From: Candidatus Poseidoniaceae archaeon
GTDB taxonomy: Archaea; Thermoplasmatota; Poseidoniia; Poseidoniales; Poseidoniaceae
DNA: 64,000 nucleotides
Assembly: GCA_949372875.1 (NCBI GenBank)
Contig: CASIAW010000002.1
Span: 39,658 to 103,657, forward strand
Direction of reading: 5' to 3'
In this document: positions 55,889 through 64,000 of the stretch, one piece after another
How positions within the stretch are numbered: position 1 is the first letter of the stretch
Layout of the letters: every line of letters starts with the position of its first letter
Program-made: the position numbers and the translations under genes
Notes under the pieces: generated by a model
Told to the model about the DNA's origin: nothing
What the model saw: only the letters and a program-made list of their open reading frames with translations
Database searches by the model: none

Positions 55889-58102
55889 TCACGTACGACT
55901 GGTGATGAGGCTCCAGCCGACTAAGCGGCCTTCTGTCGCATCAGCAAGTAAATTCAATTGATGTTGTTCAGTGTACACTGCCCCGCCTGATTCTACTTCT
56001 TCATCCCATGAGCGCGAAATATCGAGCGTTACTGCGCCATCGCCACCGTCTCCAATTTGAGAGAGGATTGACCCGATATCATTGCCAGGTACCGCAATCA
56101 AGTAACCCACTTGAACATCATCTTGGTAAGCACCAGAGGAGGTAAAGAAACGCTTGTCGCCAAACAAGACATTGTATTTGGACGAATCTGAAAACCGAGT
56201 TTCCAATTTCGTGATGTTGAGGGTGTTTGGGATTGAGTCACGATTCCATGCAGTCGAGTCCAAATCCCCCCTCTTATCATATTGACAATTCTCTTCACTT
56301 GGAATTCCGGTTAGATTGAATTGCACCCATCCTGCTTGTTCATCCGAAGCTACCCAAGAAAGATTCCATTGTGAAACGGTCGAAGATATATCTTGAGTCG
56401 TCCCTCGCCAGATATAACCGTTTTCTTCCAAAGCCCGAGAGGCACCTGGAGCGATGCTGTTCGGCCAGTAATCGAAACAGGAAAGGGCATCCTCAAAGGA
56501 ATGTTGGCGCAATGTAGAGTCATCGGGCATATGAAGGTCATATTCTCTCCAAGACTCAAGTTCGCTACTGGAGGGGCCCAATTGGTTCGCTTGTGGTTTG
56601 GAATTGTACGTAAGACCGAGGTCAAGCTGTTTTTCGCCACGTTGAAGGGATATCTTGGTGAAAGTGTGATGCAATTCCAGTTCTCCTTCAGGTAAAACAT
56701 AGTCATTGAGTAATTGCGATGCAGGTGAGCACCCAGAATCACTTGCTTGATTTTCAGAAATGACTACATCGACGGTTTGTTTTGCAGCCCATGGATTGTC
56801 TTCTTCGACCCAGAGATTCATTGTTGCCGAACCTAAACAATAGGCATCAATATCGTGATGAGTGGCAACTATTTTCCACACCAAGTCGCCTCCAAATTCA
56901 TCATTTCCAATGACGCGCCAATCCCAGCCAAGATTACTACCAGTAGCGCCATTATCAATCAAATCATTCGCAAAAAGATGTGCAATTTCGACCGGCTGCA
57001 TCATCAAAGCCAGCCCAGGAGCAAGCGTTTCAAGGTCGCCCAGAAGACCACCGACACCGTAACTCATTGTTGTTCCTTGATATTTACCGATTGGTGAGGG
57101 GAGGTCAAAGCCCCATTCAAGTTGGGTGGCTTTCGTGTCTTGATTGCGCAATTCAGTATACGAGGTGGTGGTTAAATCTGCGGTGCCTGAACCAGTAATT
57201 GCGCCAAATTCGCAAATAGAACCAATTGACAAATGGCGGTTTACTCTGAACGGTTCTAACGAATTGGTGTTCACCGTTTCAACTGCAAGCCACTCTGCTC
57301 CCATACCCCCGACAACTCGAACAGCGCCTAACCGGTCTGTTGAGCCTTCATTCACCAGTTCACTGGTTCCACCATCGGTAATAGAAAGCCCTCCTACTCC
57401 AGCAAAATCCAGAGAGAGTTTACAGATTTCGTCTTCGGTTTCTAATTGATCCATTACAAGTTCAACATATCCTTCAGTAGCAAGGAAACTCGCCAAGCCA
57501 TCATTGTCTCCACTGATTTGGTATTGCATCGCATCACCATAACGAAGTTGTTCAGCGGTGAAAGAATCGAGTTGGTTATCAAGATAATAATATCCGCCAG
57601 CGCCCAAGATGACAAGGGTGAGAAGAACTGCAGCAACCTGAGGTTTACGGACGATGTCAAGAAGCGTGGCTGGCCCGTCGCTTACCCGCTTATTGCTCAC
57701 TTTTGGTTCGGTTTTTTTGATGACTTTGGGTGGCTCTTCATCAATCATCTCAGCGTCAAGTATTTCCGCATCGAGAATTTCTTCTTGATTTACCGGGGGG
57801 TCGTCCACTTCAGGTTCTTCAAGCTCTGCAGGAGCCATCGTGTCTTCATCTTCGAGTGAAAGAACAATCTCTGATTCTGTGGATGATTTTTCAACTTTTG
57901 ATGGTGCGGCAGGCGCCACTTTACTCGGCAAGCCGACCTCTTTTTCAGAAAGCCCAAATTCAAGGAGTCGGTCAACTATTTCTGACTTTTTTCCGGATGT
58001 TGGCAAATCATTGAGGATACAGAAGGCTTTGAGTTTTGCAACGGTCAAAGAAGATGTTTGTTCGTCCGACATCACCAAACCCTCAGTGTGGCCTGTCGCC
58101 AT
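55889..58102 (-). CDS. SAP-domain, single-TM protein with large C-terminal domain
   Basis: LTVAKLKAFCILNDLPTSGKKSEIVDRL SAP consensus, acidic linker, TM VAAVLLTLVILGAGGYYYL. Confidence 0.8.
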   Translation of the reverse strand: MATGHTEGLVMSDEQTSSLTVAKLKAFCILNDLPTSGKKSEIVDRLLEFGLSEKEVGLPSKVAPAAPSKVEKSSTESEIVLSLEDEDTMAPAELEEPEVDDPPVNQEEILDAEILDAEMIDEEPPKVIKKTEPKVSNKRVSDGPATLLDIVRKPQVAAVLLTLVILGAGGYYYLDNQLDSFTAEQLRYGDAMQYQISGDNDGLASFLATEGYVELVMDQLETEDEICKLSLDFAGVGGLSITDGGTSELVNEGSTDRLGAVRVVGGMGAEWLAVETVNTNSLEPFRVNRHLSIGSICEFGAITGSGTADLTTTSYTELRNQDTKATQLEWGFDLPSPIGKYQGTTMSYGVGGLLGDLETLAPGLALMMQPVEIAHLFANDLIDNGATGSNLGWDWRVIGNDEFGGDLVWKIVATHHDIDAYCLGSATMNLWVEEDNPWAAKQTVDVVISENQASDSGCSPASQLLNDYVLPEGELELHHTFTKISLQRGEKQLDLGLTYNSKPQANQLGPSSSELESWREYDLHMPDDSTLRQHSFEDALSCFDYWPNSIAPGASRALEENGYIWRGTTQDISSTVSQWNLSWVASDEQAGWVQFNLTGIPSEENCQYDKRGDLDSTAWNRDSIPNTLNITKLETRFSDSSKYNVLFGDKRFFTSSGAYQDDVQVGYLIAVPGNDIGSILSQIGDGGDGAVTLDISRSWDEEVESGGAVYTEQHQLNLLADATEGRLVGWSLITSRT

Positions 58103-58169
58103 TCCCTTTCAAGTGTGACCCTTCTTGTGCCCTTGAAAACGCGAGTTTTTCAAGCAGTTGGGACCTCGG

Positions 58170-59201
58170 TTAGGCCTCATAAGGCGCATATGAACCATCT
58201 GGATTTTGAACATAAACGGTTTGCTCATAAGTGCCATCAGCTAGTTTTTTGAAGAAATAGCCGCCTTCTGCTGGTTCGAATGTTGCTTCTTGGACCTCTA
58301 CTGGCTGCTGAACTTGTGAAGCCTCGACTAGCGGTGCAGGCGGCGTTTCAGGAGCGGGCGGTCCTGTTGGGCCTGGGCTAGGAGGTCCTGTTGGGCCCGC
58401 TGCAGGTGGTCCTGTTGGGCCTGGGCTAGGAGGGCCTGTCGGGCCTGCTGCGACGCGTGAATCTGTAAGTGATGCCAAAACCTTCTCTTCTGTCGACTCA
58501 TCCCCATTTTCGAGAAGAGTTTTGAGTTGTGCTCCGTGCTTCTGGGCGCCGATAAAGGCAAACGCTGACAATGAAAGACATATGATGCCAAAGAGGCCTC
58601 CAATCACTTGGTTTGGCCATACTTTACCATCGACTGACATGTCGTTATTGAAGGTGCTGTCAACCTTTCCACTGGTATGATTGAAGTATTGAACAATGAT
58701 ACAATACTGGCCCGGGTCTACTGAAAACTTGAAGGTGTATTCTTCGCCTTCAACCAATCCACTTCGGTTTTGATACTGGTATGCGTGATTGGTACCGAGT
58801 TTAGCCTCATCAGTGAATATTCCGAGATTGACTTGACAATTATTCATTTTAATGACGTACGCATCGATACTAATGTTGGAATGCGCAGGCGGATTTGATG
58901 CTGTAACGTCCAGATGCAATGGGGCGTCAAACAAATCCTCACCCGGTAAAGAAGGACCCCACACAAGACCTATGTCTTTCTCGACTGAATTCGTGAAATC
59001 ATCATAATTAGCACTAAAAGGCATTGGGAAGAGGGCGAAAGTGAACATTAAAACCGCTATACCGAGCCACAAAAATACGTTCCAGCGAGACTTTTTCAAT
59101 TCTTCTTTTCGCTGGTCGAGCGTGAGCGATTCAGCAACCTCTTCTCGGTCTGCATCGGCTGGAATTTCTTCACTGGCAGCCACTACGTCCTGTTCGGTCA
59201 T
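58170..59201 (-). CDS. 2-TM hypothetical protein with GPTGPP repeats
   Basis: Two hydrophobic helices, Pro-rich tandem repeat, aromatic C-terminal mini-domain. Confidence 0.75.
   Translation of the reverse strand: MTEQDVVAASEEIPADADREEVAESLTLDQRKEELKKSRWNVFLWLGIAVLMFTFALFPMPFSANYDDFTNSVEKDIGLVWGPSLPGEDLFDAPLHLDVTASNPPAHSNISIDAYVIKMNNCQVNLGIFTDEAKLGTNHAYQYQNRSGLVEGEEYTFKFSVDPGQYCIIVQYFNHTSGKVDSTFNNDMSVDGKVWPNQVIGGLFGIICLSLSAFAFIGAQKHGAQLKTLLENGDESTEEKVLASLTDSRVAAGPTGPPSPGPTGPPAAGPTGPPSPGPTGPPAPETPPAPLVEASQVQQPVEVQEATFEPAEGGYFFKKLADGTYEQTVYVQNPDGSYAPYEA
58356..58451. repeat. ~4 x 24-bp intragenic tandem repeat encoding GPTGPP(SP/AA)
   Basis: ggtcctgttgggcc units at 24-bp period. Confidence 0.85.
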
Positions 59202-59243
59202 ATTTGTTCCGATTTCAAGCGAGCACTTGAAAGGCGCGACGGA

Positions 59244-60497
59244 ATGTCGTCAAGCATGGAGGAGAATGGAGTGAATCGCGAAGATGATGCGATAAACGAT
59301 GTTGACCTTCGCATAGCGATTCTCTCAAGGGGGCCGCGACTATACAGCACTCGGCGGTTGGTTGAAGAAGCCAAAAAGCGAGGGCTTCAGCCTTATGTGG
59401 CCGACCCGATGAAGTTCTCTTTATTTGTTGCAGATGGGCGAATTGATATTCTCCACGATGGAGAGCCTTTCAATTATGATGCCGTCATTCCTCGTATTGG
59501 CCATTCAATCACCAAGCACGGTGTGGCCGTTCTGCGACATATTGAGCAATTAGGAATCTGGACGGCCAATACTGGAGCGGGTATTCTCAAGAGTCGCGAT
59601 AAACTACACGCATCACAGATTTTAGCACGAAACAGAATTCCCGTACCTCGCACAACATATGTTCGAGATATTATCGACGTAGAAACTGCTGTCGATTTTG
59701 TCGGTGGCCTACCCGTAGTGGTCAAAGTTACGCAAGGCACCCAGGGTCAGGGTGTATTCTTACGGCACACTATACGGGAAGCACGAAATCTCGTTCAAGG
59801 GCTGTTACTCACCGGACGTTCAATCTTGATTCAGGAATACATTGCAGAATCTCACGGGAAAGATATTCGAGCTCTGGTCGTAGGTGATCGAGTTGTAGCA
59901 AGTATGCGCCGACGTGCACGGGGTAGAGAATTTAGAAGTAATTACCATCTCAACGGAACGGTTGAAAATGTAGATTTGCCTAAAGAATTCGAAGAAGCCG
60001 CATGCCGAGCTGCTCGTGTTCTAGGCCTCCATGTCGCTGGAGTCGATTTACTTGAATCGAGAAATGGACCATTGGTTCTTGAAGTTAATTCCTCACCCGG
60101 GCTTGAAGGAATCGAGAAAGCGAGTGGCGTTAATGTCGCCGGAGAAATCATTGATTACGTAACCAGTGAAACTGCCTTCTCAGAAGTTGACCTTGATCAG
60201 TTGCTACGAACAGTTCCAGGTGCTGGAGTTCTTTCGCTTCAAATCCGAAACCATCCAGTACTCGTGGGACAACCTCTTGCAAGTTTATTCAAATCCAATG
60301 TCGACATTCCAGTGTTCGCACTTTCACGCGATAATGCATTATTATGGAATCCAAGTGATGAATTGCAATTGCGATATGAAGATGTTTTGATTTGTTATGG
60401 TGAACTCACTGAACTGAGAAGTTCTCTTCGCCAAGCCATGCTTGAAGTGCCACAGAAAGCCTTCGATGTTCCTTCTTCCGAAGAAACCAATGCATGA
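59244..60497 (+). CDS. rimK: RimK-family alpha-L-glutamate ligase with C-terminal TrkA-C/RCK_C-like domain
   Basis: ILSR..LYSTRRLVEEA, IPRIG, GTQG.GV, QEYI, FRSN, EVNSSPGLEGIE; extra ~100 aa (HPVLVGQPL..NP..LRYEDVLICYG). Confidence 0.85.
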   Translation: MSSSMEENGVNREDDAINDVDLRIAILSRGPRLYSTRRLVEEAKKRGLQPYVADPMKFSLFVADGRIDILHDGEPFNYDAVIPRIGHSITKHGVAVLRHIEQLGIWTANTGAGILKSRDKLHASQILARNRIPVPRTTYVRDIIDVETAVDFVGGLPVVVKVTQGTQGQGVFLRHTIREARNLVQGLLLTGRSILIQEYIAESHGKDIRALVVGDRVVASMRRRARGREFRSNYHLNGTVENVDLPKEFEEAACRAARVLGLHVAGVDLLESRNGPLVLEVNSSPGLEGIEKASGVNVAGEIIDYVTSETAFSEVDLDQLLRTVPGAGVLSLQIRNHPVLVGQPLASLFKSNVDIPVFALSRDNALLWNPSDELQLRYEDVLICYGELTELRSSLRQAMLEVPQKAFDVPSSEETNA

Positions 60498-60640
60498 TTC
60501 GGCGTCAAGACAAAGGGTCTTTTCTGATTTGATGTTGCAGGTGAACGCGCGGTGGTTTGATATGGTAGTCCGTATTCTTCTCTTCTGCTCTACGGAGCAC
60601 GGGATGCACACCCGCCCTAGGCGGGAGGCGGTGAACGCCA

Positions 60641-61738
60641 ATGAATACGCGGAGAAGAGAGGAGCGAAATCGCAAGGCTATGAGGCCGAGCCAAATGCGG
60701 CTAAATGAAGCCTCAGTCACGCTTCCACCACGACTTAACCATATGCAAGACCTGCCTTGGCTAGCATGCTATATGCAAACTCTCAAAGCAGAAAATAAAT
60801 CTCTTAATACTCAAAAATCATATGCAAGTGGATTGCGAGCATTGATTGAAACAACATTGCCGAATGAAAATGTCCTCAGCGAAGCGGATTATCATGCAAT
60901 AACCGTCTTGGAACTAGCTGAACGAATGGAACCACTCAATGGTCGAATGGACCGATGGACACACGGTTTATCCGACCTGCGTCCAACGACATACAACGCT
61001 CGACTGGCTGCTGCTCGCCATTTACTGAAATGGCTCGGTCATCGATGGCCCGATCATCTGGTCCGAGCACGAACTGGAAAACGCCTTCCACGAACTCTGA
61101 ATCGCAGAGAGATGTCCATGGTTTTAGATGCTTCAGCAAAGAGCGAGGACCCTGTTGCCTCAATCGTCGTAACGATGATGTTGGATACGGGATTACGAGT
61201 CAGTGAAGTGTGTAACCTTGACCGAAATGACATCGATCTTGAAGACGGTTCTGCGCGAGTCTATGGCGGGAAAGGCGACAAAGATCGCCTGGTACTGTTC
61301 ACTCGGCGAACACTTGAACGTATTCACGCATGGATACCAATTCGTGAAGCGCGAGTACGAGACGACGACTTCGCTTTCTTGTTGAATTCTGCCGGCCGGC
61401 GATTACAGCCTCGAGGCGTACAGCGATTGATGGATTCACTCGCCCAAGATGCTGGACTTCCAAAAGGAAAACTGACGCCGCACGTATTGCGGCATAATTT
61501 TGCGACTGGATTGCTCGAACGAGGTGCAGATCTTGTCACAATACAACGCTTACTCGGGCATTCAAGCATAGCCACAACAAGGGTTTATCTCGAAATTTCA
61601 GACCAGACATTGCGTGAAGTCTACCATAGGGCGCAAGCGACGCGAGAAACCCTCGAAGCTGCTGCTGCTGCGAGTACGAATGAAGATGAAGAATTAGTTG
61701 AAACAACGCCTTCGACCAGTTCTCTCGGGATTGAATGA
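60641..61738 (+). CDS. xerA: Tyrosine recombinase XerA (XerC/D family)
   Basis: LPRTL, TGLRVSE, GKGDKDR, TPHVLRHNFAT, LLGH, TRVY; full catalytic set. Confidence 0.9.
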   Translation: MNTRRREERNRKAMRPSQMRLNEASVTLPPRLNHMQDLPWLACYMQTLKAENKSLNTQKSYASGLRALIETTLPNENVLSEADYHAITVLELAERMEPLNGRMDRWTHGLSDLRPTTYNARLAAARHLLKWLGHRWPDHLVRARTGKRLPRTLNRREMSMVLDASAKSEDPVASIVVTMMLDTGLRVSEVCNLDRNDIDLEDGSARVYGGKGDKDRLVLFTRRTLERIHAWIPIREARVRDDDFAFLLNSAGRRLQPRGVQRLMDSLAQDAGLPKGKLTPHVLRHNFATGLLERGADLVTIQRLLGHSSIATTRVYLEISDQTLREVYHRAQATRETLEAAAAASTNEDEELVETTPSTSSLGIE

Positions 61739-61739
61739 A

Positions 61740-61922
61740 TCACGTACGCTTTTGTTTACGCTTTTTCACAGTAGAAGGGCCGGTCCATTCTCGATGCGGC
61801 GTGATTTCTTGCCCCCTATGACCTTCAATAGGGCAAAATTTCCCAGAGCGGCACCGCGAACAATTTTCCTTTGACGGCATTTCGACGGTCTTTCGTAACC
61901 GACCGTATTTCCGTCGTGGCAT
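61740..61922 (-). CDS. Small basic putative Zn-binding protein
   Basis: CSRC..CP..H, Arg/Lys rich, 60 aa, fills the gap between genes. Confidence 0.5.
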   Translation of the reverse strand: MPRRKYGRLRKTVEMPSKENCSRCRSGKFCPIEGHRGQEITPHREWTGPSTVKKRKQKRT

Positions 61923-61979
61923 ACATGAATGGAGAAAACGACGGTATTCAATGCTAACGCCCTTTTAGATAAATACGAT

Positions 61980-62492
61980 TCACTTTTTCTTGAACCATGG
62001 CATATCGGTAACGCTACGAGGAATACGAAGAGTAGACCCTTTACGACCATCGCCTGAATCAGAGGATTTGACTTTGTCCTTGCCTTTGATGGCTTTTTCT
62101 GAAACTTTCTTAGCGGCCGACTTGGTTTTCGTAGCGGCTTTCTTGGAGACGGACTTTGCAGCTGAAGTTGCTTTCTTAGCGGCCGACTTTGATTTAGAGG
62201 CAGCCTTCTTCACGACAGAAGCCGATTTTTTAGCGGTGGATTTGGTTGCTGTCTTCGCCTTCGACGCGGTTTTCTTAGCAGCGCTAGAGGCTTTGTCAGC
62301 AGCCTTAGCTGCAGCACTGACTTTCTTTGCAACCGCAGCACTGAGGCCTGCATCTTGCAACTTCTTAGAGCCTGCGGATGCGACCTTGGAGACTGAATCA
62401 ATCTTTGCACTAATCAATTTTTTTGCTGTTGCAGCCCCTATTCCAGGAAGTGCAGTTAACGTGTCGATTTTTGAATTACCCTTTGCAGCCAT
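61980..62492 (-). CDS. Helix-hairpin-helix protein with histone H1-like Lys/Ala/Ser tail
   Basis: LTALPGIGAATAKKL HhH; repeated SAAKK; GGTGA RBS. Confidence 0.8.
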   Translation of the reverse strand: MAAKGNSKIDTLTALPGIGAATAKKLISAKIDSVSKVASAGSKKLQDAGLSAAVAKKVSAAAKAADKASSAAKKTASKAKTATKSTAKKSASVVKKAASKSKSAAKKATSAAKSVSKKAATKTKSAAKKVSEKAIKGKDKVKSSDSGDGRKGSTLRIPRSVTDMPWFKKK

Positions 62493-62593
62493 TGGCTCAC
62501 CAAACAGCCGATGCGAGTTGAACACATCAATTCTTCTCTTCACTCGTTTTGGGAAGGGGTTGGGTTGATGAGGTCGAAAGCAACCCGCATATC

Positions 62594-63460
62594 ATGGGGA
62601 GTCAAGGGCACAGCGACGATATAGTGGTTGTCTATGCTCAAGTTGGAACGGCTAAAGCAAACCACCGTGTCGAAAACGATACTGGTTTTTTAAGACCGAA
62701 ATCGTATCGCTTACCCAGCAAAGTCGTGTATCTTGGAGATGTTGCGACCAATGCTCTGGCTTATCTCGAGAACCCTGAAACACCTCGTTTCACCGAACCT
62801 CCACAATTCAATGAACAAAGGTGGGCATTCAAAACACAAAGCGGTGGGTTAGAACTGACCATATCCTCGAAGTCCTATTGGGGATTTGGGCTCTTTAATT
62901 CCAGTTATCTCAATCGTCTGGAACTCAAGGGGCCGCCGCAATCATACGCCCGTTTATTGTTCGACCTTTCCGCTTCTCTTGGGCATCAGCCGTGGGAGTT
63001 TTCTCACCCTTCCTCCGCGGAAAAATTCCTCACAAAACAAGATGGTGATATAACCCTTAAATCGAATGAAAGGTTGTGGAAACGGGCTTTTGAAATGGCA
63101 AAATCAATATTTGAAGAGCAGATGTTTATGATTGAAGAGAAAGAAAAAGCAGTCGTGAAACGAGTGAAAAAGGCTGTAGAATCGAAAGAATGGACTGTTG
63201 CTCGAGCAGAGGATTTGATCGAAGATGCGCAGTATGATTTGCAGGTTGCTAAAGGAGCCCTTGCCGATGGCAATGCGCCAGGATTTGAGAGAGCCCTTGC
63301 TCGTGCAGAAGCGAGTTTCATTGAAGCTGACCCACAGGAAGTTGGAAGAATGTTCGATGACGATTTGTATAAATCCCCACAAGGGCAAGTACTCGACAAC
63401 AAAATGCTTGATTCCGAAGTCATGCTGGTAGATTTGACTACAAATACAGAAGAGGAGTGA
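62594..63460 (+). CDS. Hypothetical protein
   Basis: Long ORF with helical C-terminus; start uncertain. Confidence 0.65.
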   Translation: MGSQGHSDDIVVVYAQVGTAKANHRVENDTGFLRPKSYRLPSKVVYLGDVATNALAYLENPETPRFTEPPQFNEQRWAFKTQSGGLELTISSKSYWGFGLFNSSYLNRLELKGPPQSYARLLFDLSASLGHQPWEFSHPSSAEKFLTKQDGDITLKSNERLWKRAFEMAKSIFEEQMFMIEEKEKAVVKRVKKAVESKEWTVARAEDLIEDAQYDLQVAKGALADGNAPGFERALARAEASFIEADPQEVGRMFDDDLYKSPQGQVLDNKMLDSEVMLVDLTTNTEEE

Positions 63461-63516
63461 ATTTCTTGGCCGCGTCGCGTTCATAAAGGGGTGGCAACTC
63501 GCACATATTGGTCCAC

Positions 63517-63708
63517 ATGGCTTCAAAGAAGAAATCCGACGGTAGCGGTATTCAACAGGCTGCAGGTCTTATCCGATATTTCGATGAAGAATCTGAAGAC
63601 GCTTGGAAGATTACTCCATTCCAAGTCTATGCAGCATGTATCGGCATTGGAGCATTCTTCTACCTCGTTAATCAAGGCGTTGTCTCTTGGATTCTTGACC
63701 TGTTTTGA
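63517..63708 (+). CDS. secG: Preprotein translocase Sec61beta (archaeal SecG)
   Basis: AAGLIRYFDEE..KITP followed by a TM. Confidence 0.9.
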   Translation: MASKKKSDGSGIQQAAGLIRYFDEESEDAWKITPFQVYAACIGIGAFFYLVNQGVVSWILDLF

Positions 63709-63715
63709 ACACAAT

Positions 63716-63943
63716 TCAAATCGGTTGAATCATGATGATTCTATTTTCTTTTTGTGCCATGCATTGTGCAACTTTCATTGCAGTTCGCATATCTGTCGTT
63801 CCACCAATCACCTTCTCGCCTTGGGCATCGTGAAGAATAAGTTTGTGAGTAAGGTTGTAAAGAACACCTTCTTCGATTCTCTCAAAGACCCAATGTTCAT
63901 TTTCAATTCGGACCATAGCCGGAATTTCTACGAACGGCCCCAT
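63716..63943 (-). CDS. Small hypothetical protein
   Basis: Protein-like ORF convergent with secG; start uncertain. Confidence 0.55.
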   Translation of the reverse strand: MGPFVEIPAMVRIENEHWVFERIEEGVLYNLTHKLILHDAQGEKVIGGTTDMRTAMKVAQCMAQKENRIIMIQPI

Positions 63944-64000
63944 CTCTGAACCGATTGTTTGTGTTCGTGATTTCAATCCCTGAAGGTCTCGAACTGGACT

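Noticed and set aside
60641-61738. Tyrosine recombinase as a mobile-element integrase
   Set aside because: XerC/D-like motifs, housekeeping neighbours, no adjacent tRNA/att site or cargo
61990-62568. 192-aa plus-strand ORF (and other long antisense ORFs such as 6745-7380, 14177-14755, 31750-32208, 63004-63423)
   Set aside because: Shadow frames of well-supported genes on the opposite strand
1-64000. CRISPR array, rRNA, IS/transposase, provirus
   Set aside because: No regularly spaced repeat-spacer array, rRNA signature, transposase or viral hallmark ORF was seen

Overview
Gene-dense archaeal chromosome segment, most likely Marine Group II Euryarchaeota (Poseidoniales). This is inferred from archaeal rpl12/P0/L1/L11-spt5-secE genes, archaeal phosphopantothenate synthetase and GGTGA/GGAGG RBSs, alongside bacterial-type genes and large acidic secreted proteins with TSP3-like repeats. 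The window holds the ribosomal stalk cluster, dnaJ-rnr-copA-copZ, tRNA-Leu(TAG) followed by an accessory-looking region, a CBS/CGL pair, a putative glycan-modification cluster, ribD, tRNA-Ser(TGA), an A1-type heme-copper oxidase operon with sco, RNA and DNA methyltransferases, terB-like genes, nucleotide-sugar genes, nadC, a kexin-like protease, rimK, xerA and sec61beta. No CRISPR, rRNA or IS was seen. Most notable: (1) an oxidase operon whose Sco has two transcobalamin-like (DUF4430) domains plus an EGF-like module inserted in the fold, and whose CoxI has an N-terminal Reeler-like CxCH domain; (2) Spt5 fused to a degenerate NUDIX domain next to an L11 lacking its N-terminal domain; (3) a ~50-bp imperfect direct repeat bracketing a 3.6-kb surface-protein gene at tRNA-Leu; (4) a SAP-domain membrane protein and an HhH/H1-like protein near xerA. 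All domain calls are by eye from motifs, not database searches.
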